DNA from: Magnetococcales bacterium
Lineage (GTDB): Bacteria > Pseudomonadota > Magnetococcia > Magnetococcales > UBA8363
NCBI GenBank assembly: GCA_015660855.1
Contig: JACSDG010000107.1
Span: 1-23,808, forward strand
DNA: 23,808 nt
Reading direction: 5' to 3'
In this document: positions 17,473 through 23,808 of the stretch, one piece after another
Layout of the letters: every line of letters begins with the position of its first letter
Numbering within the stretch: the stretch's first letter is position 1
The notes under the pieces: generated by a model
The model's database searches: none
What the model saw: the letters and a program-made list of their open reading frames with translations, nothing else
Told to the model about the DNA's origin: nothing
Program-made: the position numbers and the translations under genes

Positions 17473-18570
17473 TCAAGGAACGGGCAAAGGTGGCGGTCCA
17501 CCCGCAGCAGGTTGCGTCACCAGAGTTCCCCATTCGGGGAGTTGCGCAAGTGCAACCCATTGGGGCATGCCGGGTTTCCAGGCAAGGGTTTGGCCCGAAA
17601 TCTGACCGGAGGCAAGCCATTGCCGCACCCCCGCCAGATCATAAGGCCCTTGCTGTTGCCCCTGGATGACCAGATGATACTGGGATGCGGTCGGAAGTGG
17701 GGGCGGCGCAAGTGGAGCTTGTATAGCGGGAGCGGCTGCCTGTTGCCCCATGGCCATTCCTATCCCCATCCCCATCATCCCACCGGCCTGACCTGGGTTT
17801 TCCGCCGCTTTTTCCATGGCCACGGCGGTCTGGAAACGATTGAACGCCCCCAAGTCGCCAATCATCCCCATGCTGGTTCGTTTATCCAACATTTTTTCCA
17901 CTTCTTCGGGGAGGGAAATATTTTCCACCAGGGGTTTCGCAAGTTCCAGGCCGTACTCCTGAAACTCGGGACCGATGCGTTTTTGCAGCATCACCCCAAG
18001 CTCGTCGTATTGGGTGGAAAGATCCAACAGAGGAATTCGGCTTTCCGCCAGGGCGTCGGCAAATCGGGAGACAAACAGGGATCTTAACTGTTCGGTGATT
18101 TCATCCAGAGTGAAACGACCGTCGGTACCGACCACCGCCGCCACCAGTTTTCCAGGGTCTGCCACCCGTATGGAAAAACTGCCAAAACCACGCAGACGGA
18201 CCGGACCAAATTCAGGGTCGCGCAAAATGATCGGGTTCTTGGTACCCCATTTAAGATCGGTAAAGGTGCGCAGACTGACAAAATAGACTTCCGCTTTGAA
18301 CGGGCTGGAAAAACCGTATTTCCATCCCTTGAGGGTGGTAAGAACGGGAATGTTGCGGGTTTCCAAAGTGTAGAGGCCGGGATTGAAACCGTCGGCGAGT
18401 TGGCCTTCGTTGACAAAAAGGGCATGCTGCCCCGCACGCACCACCAGTTGGGCACCATATTTGATTTCGTTGTCGTAGCGTTCAAAACGATAGACGAGGG
18501 TGTCGGCAGAATCATCGGTCCATTCGATGATATCGATGAATTCCCCGGCGATTTTTGAAAAAAAACCCAT
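17473..18570 (-). CDS. SPFH/band-7 domain protein of the COG4260 'virion core protein-like' type (YdjI-like) with C-terminal GYF-like (DUF4339) domain
   Basis: The start 'MGFFSKIAGEFIDIIEWTDDS' is the characteristic N-terminus of this SPFH subfamily, and the SPFH core follows. A Gly/Met-rich linker leads into 'YHLVIQGQQQGPYDLAGVRQWLASGQISGQTLAWKPGMPQWVALAQLPE' (GYF-like) and a Pro-rich tail. A GGAGA SD lies 7 nt upstream of the ATG at 18570. The ORF-track N-terminal extension to 18816 has no support. An A8/T8 run occupies codons 3-5. Confidence 0.75.
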   Translation of the reverse strand: MGFFSKIAGEFIDIIEWTDDSADTLVYRFERYDNEIKYGAQLVVRAGQHALFVNEGQLADGFNPGLYTLETRNIPVLTTLKGWKYGFSSPFKAEVYFVSLRTFTDLKWGTKNPIILRDPEFGPVRLRGFGSFSIRVADPGKLVAAVVGTDGRFTLDEITEQLRSLFVSRFADALAESRIPLLDLSTQYDELGVMLQKRIGPEFQEYGLELAKPLVENISLPEEVEKMLDKRTSMGMIGDLGAFNRFQTAVAMEKAAENPGQAGGMMGMGIGMAMGQQAAAPAIQAPLAPPPLPTASQYHLVIQGQQQGPYDLAGVRQWLASGQISGQTLAWKPGMPQWVALAQLPEWGTLVTQPAAGGPPPLPVP

Positions 18571-19059
18571 AATTTTTTCTCCCCGTTCCCCGTCGGTTGA
18601 TGATGCCATCCCTTCTTGCAAGGACGGCATGGCTTGGCATCCTGTTGGCGTCAATCTATCATTTTCAACGGCTTCACTGCACCTTAAAAGCAGGGGCCGC
18701 TCCACCATTCTACCCGTTTTATTTGACAATTCCAGCCGGCGGCGACCCACCGTCGGTGCCCTGCCTTCATCCATATGGATTTCTACGCCATGGAGAAAAA
18801 AGTTAAAACTATACATTATTAATTACCAATGAATGCAAAAAACGTACTTGGATTCATTCATAATTTAAATTATTATTTGCAAGTCATTCTTGGTTTTATT
18901 ATTATTAAAATTGGATGGCAAGTTGTTGCCTGGGGGACTCTTTGACTTTTCTTTTTTTAAAGGGTATAGTCCCCACCCTGGCATTTCGTGGTGGATGCGA
19001 AAGGAGCTGTATGATATTATTGTGGATCAACAGGGAGATGCAACAAAGGCTGTCGTTTC

Positions 19060-19283
19060 TTCCTCATGCGGTCCGGGCCATGAAAGAAATTACCGCAAAG
19101 ATCAGCATCATCGAAGAAATTGCCCGACAGACCAACCTGTTAGCTTTGAATGCGGCCATTGAAGCCGCGCGCGCCGGCGAGAGTCATGCGTCTGCCGGGG
19201 CATTGCCTTCGCCGTCTTCCAAATCCGGTGGGGCTGACCTGGATATGGGGTCGTCTGCGGTGGATGAATTTGAATCTTTCTGA
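19060..19283 (+). pseudogene. Remnant of a methyl-accepting chemotaxis protein signalling domain (frameshifted and truncated)
   Basis: '[34 protein letters not shown]' is the highly conserved MCP hairpin-tip core. The expected following 'GRGFAVVA' appears shifted into another frame ('RGIAFAV'), then the reading frame collapses. No HAMP, sensor or TM region lies upstream. The AT-rich tract 18800-18960 flanks it. Confidence 0.55.
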
Positions 19284-19317
19284 CCAGGGGGAGACATGAT
19301 GTTCGGTAGATAACAAA

Positions 19318-19752
19318 ATGAGAAGACCCAAGCGCACATTCAACCCAAAAAGAGAGGTTCGTCCTGTACCGGGTACAGACACCGAGCGGGAAAATCTTGT
19401 GAGTTTGGCATCCAAGGTTGTCTATGGTGGTAATCCCGAGCACAAACGCAACCCCGGTGACTTTGGCTTAACTCCTCCGAGTAGTCCAAGACAGGGAAAG
19501 ACTTTGTGTGATTCGGTCGGTATTTTTACTCAGCGAGAGTCTACCAAGTTGCTTCGGGAAGGGGTGCGACGCGGGGTAATCAGTCGCCGTGAAAAAAATG
19601 GATGGCCTCAAAATGTATGGGCTGTTGACGCCAACGGTATGCCCATGGAAGCTCAATTGGAAAACGCTGAACGGGGGATTTATCATGGTTACCCAATGCC
19701 AGAAACCGATATTTTCCGAGAAAAGATTCTAGAACGCTGGGGGCAACATTGA
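19318..19752 (+). CDS. Hypothetical small basic protein (144 aa), first gene of an uncharacterised two-gene cassette
   Basis: The N-terminus 'MRRPKRTFNPKREVRP' is strongly basic. It is followed by 'KVVYGGNPEHKRNPGDFG' and the C-terminal 'ERGIYHGYPMPETD'. I recognise no family. The RBS is weak. The stop overlaps the downstream start (TTGA). Confidence 0.45.
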   Translation: MRRPKRTFNPKREVRPVPGTDTERENLVSLASKVVYGGNPEHKRNPGDFGLTPPSSPRQGKTLCDSVGIFTQRESTKLLREGVRRGVISRREKNGWPQNVWAVDANGMPMEAQLENAERGIYHGYPMPETDIFREKILERWGQH

Positions 19753-21110
19753 GTGAACTCTTCGTCATCACTCCCCTGAAGTGGACACCCGCTGTCTACG
19801 GACCGGAAGAGGTACGGCAAACGTCAGCAATATTACAGTTCACCGTCAATAACCGTCTGGTAACCAGGGTCGATAACGATTGGACAAGAGTAGTCGATAA
19901 AACAGTATGTCTTTCTGCATACCCTCTAGCTCTTTGGCTTGTTTCTTCTTGGTGGCGTTTGCATTGGGAACCGGTACCAGCTGGGATACCCAATATTGAA
20001 TGGCGTATAGCCCACGAAATGGGGAGCGCAGGCCATGGGTTTCTCTGGCCACCTGTGCGGTTCGAGTCTGATGGGGAGATGGTCACAGTCCATTGTACGC
20101 CATCCTCGGCTGAGTCCAATGAACCCATTCGTTACCTGAATCGGCTGCACGAGTCAATACCATCCGCTGAATTTACCAAAGGGATTGTGGATTTTATCCA
20201 AATTGTCATCGACAGGCTGGATTCCGTTGGTATTCAGGATACGGAGTTGCACACACTGTGGCGAGAAGTGGGCGGCGAACGGACAAACCCAAAGACAGCT
20301 TCTTACCGCAAAATGGAGGCCCTGCTCGGGTTTGACCCCGACGAAGGGCCGGAAACGATTGTTGATACACTCCTGAATTTGTCTATGGCGGTTGGGGATG
20401 CGGCAGTAGCAGAGATTGCTGCCAGTACGTCTTCCCCCCTGCACTTGAATCAGGTGTTGGAGAGTGCCAGATCTGCGGGTCTCCAAGGAAACCTCTCTGG
20501 TATTTATGCCCTGATGCCGCAAGCAACCTGGTGTCATTACACAACGGCAACCCCCTGGGACCGGGGCCGAGACTTGGCCCGAACAGTACGTCAACACTTG
20601 AGCTTATATTCTGCGCCCGTCTCCAACCGCCTCCTGAGTGACATTTTAGGGCTAGAGGAACGGGGTCTGGCCGATGGTGATGCGCCTATGGCCGGGACTG
20701 ATTTAAGCTTGGCAATCAAATCGGAAGAGGGGGATCAGGTCAATCTGCTTTTTCGCCGTAAGCGTCCAAACGGGCGACGTTTCGAGGTAGCCCGCTGGAT
20801 GGCTGATGTTCTGCTATCCTCAGCCCAAGACCGTTGGCTACCCGCCACTAACGCAAAAACGGCCCGACAAAAAGTTCAGCGCGCATTTGCCGCTGAGTTC
20901 CTGTCCCCAATTGATGCCCTGAAAACTTACCTGGACAACGATCTGGCCGACGAAGATCGCATTGAGGAGGCTGGAGGTTATTTTGGGGTTTCCCCGTTAA
21001 CCGTCCGGAGCCAATTGGTCAACCATGGTTTGGTTCCGTGGAACGTCATAGGCAACGGTTCTACTCCAAGGGATTCTTGGTTGGAAGAGTGGGAAAAGGT
21101 AAAAGCCTGA
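19749..21110 (+). CDS. Hypothetical protein with C-terminal ImmA/IrrE (M78 peptidase, COG2856)-like domain lacking the HEXXH zinc site
   Basis: 453-aa ORF. The first ~340 aa are unrecognised. The last ~110 aa 'RRFEVARWMADVLLSS-(20)-QKVQRAFAAEFLSPIDALKTYL...GGYFGVSPLTVRSQLVNHGLV' align in spacing and residues with the ImmA/IrrE core 'RFTLAHELGHLLLH-(~25)-EANxFAAELLMP...FGVS.....RL..LGLI'. HELGH is replaced by RWMAD and the downstream Glu ligand is absent. The TTG start is uncertain. Confidence 0.55.
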   Translation: MSELFVITPLKWTPAVYGPEEVRQTSAILQFTVNNRLVTRVDNDWTRVVDKTVCLSAYPLALWLVSSWWRLHWEPVPAGIPNIEWRIAHEMGSAGHGFLWPPVRFESDGEMVTVHCTPSSAESNEPIRYLNRLHESIPSAEFTKGIVDFIQIVIDRLDSVGIQDTELHTLWREVGGERTNPKTASYRKMEALLGFDPDEGPETIVDTLLNLSMAVGDAAVAEIAASTSSPLHLNQVLESARSAGLQGNLSGIYALMPQATWCHYTTATPWDRGRDLARTVRQHLSLYSAPVSNRLLSDILGLEERGLADGDAPMAGTDLSLAIKSEEGDQVNLLFRRKRPNGRRFEVARWMADVLLSSAQDRWLPATNAKTARQKVQRAFAAEFLSPIDALKTYLDNDLADEDRIEEAGGYFGVSPLTVRSQLVNHGLVPWNVIGNGSTPRDSWLEEWEKVKA

Positions 21111-21124
21111 TGTGAGTCCTCCCC

Positions 21125-22966
21125 ATGTGCGGTATCGCCGCCCTGTTTGCCTATCATCCCGATGCCCCCGCCAACGATGTCCAGGAACTGTTGCGCATGC
21201 GCGAAGCCATGGCCCTGCGTGGTCCGGATGCCGCCGGGATCTGGAACAACGAAGACGACAGAGTGACCCTGGGACATCGCCGGTTGGCCATCATCGACCC
21301 GGAGCAACGTGCCAATCAGCCCATGATCAGCCAGGATGGCCGCCATGTGGTGGTCTTTAACGGCGAAATCTATAACCATCCAGCGTTGCGAGAATCCCTG
21401 GGCCGCCTCGGCCATTCCTTTCAAACCCGTTCCGATACCGAAGTGCTGCTCCATCTCTATGCCGAATATGGCGTCGACATGCTGACCCATCTTCGAGGCA
21501 TGTTTGCCTTTGTTCTGTGGGACCGGCTTGCCAAATCCCTGTTGGTTGCCAGAGACCCCTATGGCATCAAACCTCTCTACTACGCCGATGACGGCTCGAC
21601 CATTCGTATCGCCTCCCAGGTCGGGGCACTGTTGGCGGGAGGTCGGGTTTCGCGTCAGCCGGATCCGGCAGGATGGGTCGGGTTTTTCCTGTTTGGCAGC
21701 GTCCAGGAACCCTTTACCCAGTACCAATCCATTCGCGCCTTGCCAGCCGGTTGCTTCCTGCGTGTCACCTCCCAAGGAACAGGCGCGATAACCGAATATT
21801 TTTCCCTGGCCGCCACATTTTTACATGCTGCCAACCATCCCAATCCATGGCAGCCGGAAAAGGTGGCGGAAAATGTACGCGCCATCCTCCGGGATTCGGT
21901 GCAAGCACACCTGACTGCGGATGTCCCCGTCGGAGCCTTTCTTTCCTCCGGGGTGGATTCGGGGGCACTCGTCGGTCTCGCCCAGGAAACCAAAAAAGAA
22001 AAAATCCATACCGTCACCCTCTCCTTTGAAGCCTTCCACCAAGATCAACGCGATGAAGCCCCCCTGGCCCAGCGCGTCGCCGAGCATTACCAAACCCAAC
22101 ATGTCACCCGCATGGTGACACAGCCCGAATTTCACCGCGAAATCCCCGCCATCCTCGCCGCCATGGACCAACCCACCATCGATGGCATCAATACCTGGTT
22201 CGTTAGCAAGGCGGCCAGGGAATTGGGCCTGAAAGTGGCCCTCAGCGGTCTGGGTGGCGATGAACTTTTTGGCGGCTATCCCTCATTCTCAGACATTCCC
22301 CGCTGGCTGAAAATCGCCCGCCTTGCCCGGCATATCCCTTACTCCGGACCGATGTTTCGCCATCTCTCCCTGCCTTTGTTTCAATCCTTGCCCGGCCTGG
22401 GGGCCAAAGGGGCCAGCTTTTTCATGTATGGGGCTTCATTCCCTGGAGCCTATCTGTTGCGTCGGGGAGTGTTCATGCCTTGGGAATTGCCTGCCTTGTT
22501 GGGTGAGGACATGGCAACGGAAGGATTGCAACGCCTGGATGTGCTCGCCCATATCGAAAAATCCATGCCCCCGGCCCCATCGGGAACCTTCGCCCGTATC
22601 GCCTCCATGGAAGCAAGTCTCTACATGCGTAATCAACTCCTCCGCGATACCGATTGGGCCTCTATGGCCCACTCCCTGGAGGTGCGTACCCCCCTGGTGG
22701 ACCGTGTCGTCCTGCAATCCCTGGCACCCTTGTTGATCCAATCGCAGACGGCCCGGGGAAAACAATGGCTCGCCCAGGCCCCAAAGCCTCCCTTGCCTCC
22801 CGAAGTGGTGTATCGTAAAAAAACAGGGTTTACCATACCGGTCCAGGCTTGGCTGTTAAACCATCCCCAACTGGATGGCTGGCGGCATGTCCCCATGCTG
22901 GCTCACCACGGCTGCCATGGATCCCGGCGGTTGGCTTACGCCGTTTATCACCACAGATCACAGTGA
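21125..22966 (+). CDS. Asparagine synthase (glutamine-hydrolysing) family amidotransferase
   Basis: 613-aa ORF. The N-terminal 'MCGIAALF' carries the catalytic Cys2 of the Ntn glutaminase domain. The synthetase domain has a PP-loop 'FLSSGVDSGALVGLA'. The overall length and order are typical of AsnB-family proteins. Such paralogues are common in exopolysaccharide loci. Confidence 0.9.
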   Translation: MCGIAALFAYHPDAPANDVQELLRMREAMALRGPDAAGIWNNEDDRVTLGHRRLAIIDPEQRANQPMISQDGRHVVVFNGEIYNHPALRESLGRLGHSFQTRSDTEVLLHLYAEYGVDMLTHLRGMFAFVLWDRLAKSLLVARDPYGIKPLYYADDGSTIRIASQVGALLAGGRVSRQPDPAGWVGFFLFGSVQEPFTQYQSIRALPAGCFLRVTSQGTGAITEYFSLAATFLHAANHPNPWQPEKVAENVRAILRDSVQAHLTADVPVGAFLSSGVDSGALVGLAQETKKEKIHTVTLSFEAFHQDQRDEAPLAQRVAEHYQTQHVTRMVTQPEFHREIPAILAAMDQPTIDGINTWFVSKAARELGLKVALSGLGGDELFGGYPSFSDIPRWLKIARLARHIPYSGPMFRHLSLPLFQSLPGLGAKGASFFMYGASFPGAYLLRRGVFMPWELPALLGEDMATEGLQRLDVLAHIEKSMPPAPSGTFARIASMEASLYMRNQLLRDTDWASMAHSLEVRTPLVDRVVLQSLAPLLIQSQTARGKQWLAQAPKPPLPPEVVYRKKTGFTIPVQAWLLNHPQLDGWRHVPMLAHHGCHGSRRLAYAVYHHRSQ

Positions 22967-22973
22967 TCCTCCC

Positions 22974-23808
22974 ATGACAGCATTACCTGAAACGCAAAAA
23001 TCACAGAAAAATACGTCCCGAAACGATGCTGCCGATCATGTGGTGATCATCCGTCCCGGTAAAAATTTTCGTCTCCTCAACCTTAAAGAATTATGGAACT
23101 ATCGCGAGCTGCTTTGGGTCTTGGCCATGCGCGATGTCAAAGTACGGTATAAACAAACCGTCCTGGGGGCCGCCTGGGCCATTCTACAGCCGGTTCTGGC
23201 CATGGTGATCTTCACCGTCTTTTTCGGTCGTCTCGCCAAAATGCCCTCGGAGGGGTACCCTTATCCCCTGTTTGTCTATACCGCTCTGCTCCCATGGACC
23301 TTCTTCGCCACCGCCGTAGCCAACTCCGGAAATTCCATGATTGCCTCTGCCAATCTGGTCAGTAAAGTCTATTTTCCCCGTTTGATCATTCCCCTGTCCG
23401 CCATCGGTGCCGGTTTGATGGATTTTGCCATAGCCAGTACCATTTTGTTGGCCATGATGATCGTTTATCAGGTAGGATGGACCCTCAATCTGCTCCTGGT
23501 TCCATTTTTGACGGTGGCGGTCGTCTTTTGTGCCTTGGGGGTAGGGATCCTGCTCGCCGCCCTGAATGTGGCCTATCGAGATTTTCGTTATGTCATCCCC
23601 TTCCTGGTGCAAATCTGGATGTTCGCCACTCCCGTCGTCTATCCGGTCAGTCTGGTGCCGGAATCGTGGCGGTGGATGTTGTTCCTCAACCCCATGGCCG
23701 GCCTGATCGATGGCTTTCGCTCCGCTTTCCTGGGTAAACCCTTCGATGCTTCATCCCTTGGAATCTCCATGGGGGTGGCTTTGGGAATATTTTTATTGGG
23801 GGTGGCCT
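22974..23808 (+). CDS. ABC-2 type transporter permease (Wzm/TagG/KpsM-like polysaccharide export), 3'-truncated by window end
   Basis: The ATG at 22974 opens a stop-free frame to the end of the window; it is not in the ORF track because it is open-ended. 'ELWNYRELLWVLAMRDVKVRYKQTVLGAAWAILQPVLAMVIFTVFFGRL' is the signature N-region of ABC-2 permeases, followed by multiple TM helices. Confidence 0.8.
   Translation, partial: MTALPETQKSQKNTSRNDAADHVVIIRPGKNFRLLNLKELWNYRELLWVLAMRDVKVRYKQTVLGAAWAILQPVLAMVIFTVFFGRLAKMPSEGYPYPLFVYTALLPWTFFATAVANSGNSMIASANLVSKVYFPRLIIPLSAIGAGLMDFAIASTILLAMMIVYQVGWTLNLLLVPFLTVAVVFCALGVGILLAALNVAYRDFRYVIPFLVQIWMFATPVVYPVSLVPESWRWMLFLNPMAGLIDGFRSAFLGKPFDASSLGISMGVALGIFLLGVA

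Noticed and set aside
18571-18816. N-terminal extension of the SPFH ORF to 18816 (the ORF-track 447-aa version) and small plus ORFs 18500..18832
   Set aside because: The conserved SPFH-family N-terminus MGFFSKIAGEF begins at the ATG at 18570 with a GGAGA SD 7 nt upstream. The upstream 82 codons have no support. A TAGAAT -10-like hexamer at 18717-18722 (minus) lacks a properly spaced -35, so no promoter is called.
19318-19752. Assigning the 144-aa protein to a microbial RNase (barnase/RNase Sa, 'YHEY'-like motif 'IYHGY') or other polymorphic-toxin nuclease family
   Set aside because: The resemblance is only a 5-residue patch. The catalytic Glu of YHEY is Gly here. The C-terminal region after the patch is too short (19 aa) to hold the remaining catalytic Arg/His. 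There is no HNH, GIY-YIG or PIN pattern either. It is left as unknown.
18794-21107. Imperfect 13-15 nt direct repeat GAGAAAAAAGTTAAAAC (18794-18809) / GGGAAAAGGTAAAAGCC (21091-21107) flanking the MCP remnant plus cassette, as possible insertion target-site duplication
   Set aside because: The match is only ~11/14. The right-hand copy lies inside the coding 3' end of the 453-aa gene (EEWEKVKA). Such A-rich strings occur by chance.

Overview
The window is a chromosomal segment that looks moderately GC-rich by eye, with two short AT-rich tracts (~4790-5040 and ~18800-18960). No statistics were computed; everything below is from reading the sequence.

Part 1, in order along the window:
- A minus-strand four-gene glycan-modification operon lies immediately 3' of an intact tRNA-Lys(CTT) gene (4095-4170). 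It runs GT -> GT -> FkbM methyltransferase -> SAM methyltransferase and is tightly coupled by ATGA overlaps.
- An ~870-nt structured non-coding spacer follows. It carries two related GC-rich palindromic elements, the second ending in a strong minus-strand intrinsic terminator, plus an AT-rich tract with exact direct repeats.
- mfd (transcription-repair coupling factor, 1193 aa, minus strand).
- A Phd/YefM-type antitoxin gene on the plus strand has no toxin gene. Its stop overlaps (GTGA) the start of a 374-aa FAD-dependent oxidoreductase of the geranylgeranyl-reductase family.
- A minus-strand polysaccharide-type cluster follows: a NodB-type polysaccharide deacetylase, a GT4-like glycosyltransferase, a ParA/MinD-fold protein whose Walker A lysines are lost, and a winged-helix protein.
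- A secreted hypothetical protein on the plus strand.
- A minus-strand membrane module: an SPFH/COG4260 (YdjI-like) protein with a C-terminal GYF-like tail, a double zinc-ribbon protein (YdjG-like), and a flippase-like (UPF0104) membrane protein.
- An AT-rich junction and a decayed MCP signalling-domain remnant.
- A translationally coupled two-gene cassette of unknown function: a 144-aa very basic protein plus a 453-aa protein whose C-terminus is an ImmA/IrrE (M78)-like domain with the HEXXH zinc site replaced.
- An asparagine-synthase-family amidotransferase and the 5' part of an ABC-2 (Wzm/TagG-type) permease.

Part 2: the best candidate for an undescribed system is the 19318-21110 cassette. 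Secondary candidates are the lysine-less ParA-like/wHTH pair, the orphan antitoxin coupled to an oxidoreductase, the PspA-less SPFH/zinc-ribbon module, and the structured spacer downstream of mfd. Recurrent A/T 8-9 homopolymer tracts inside several surface-glycan and membrane-module genes are also noted.

All homology statements are motif-level recognition from memory. No database search was run.
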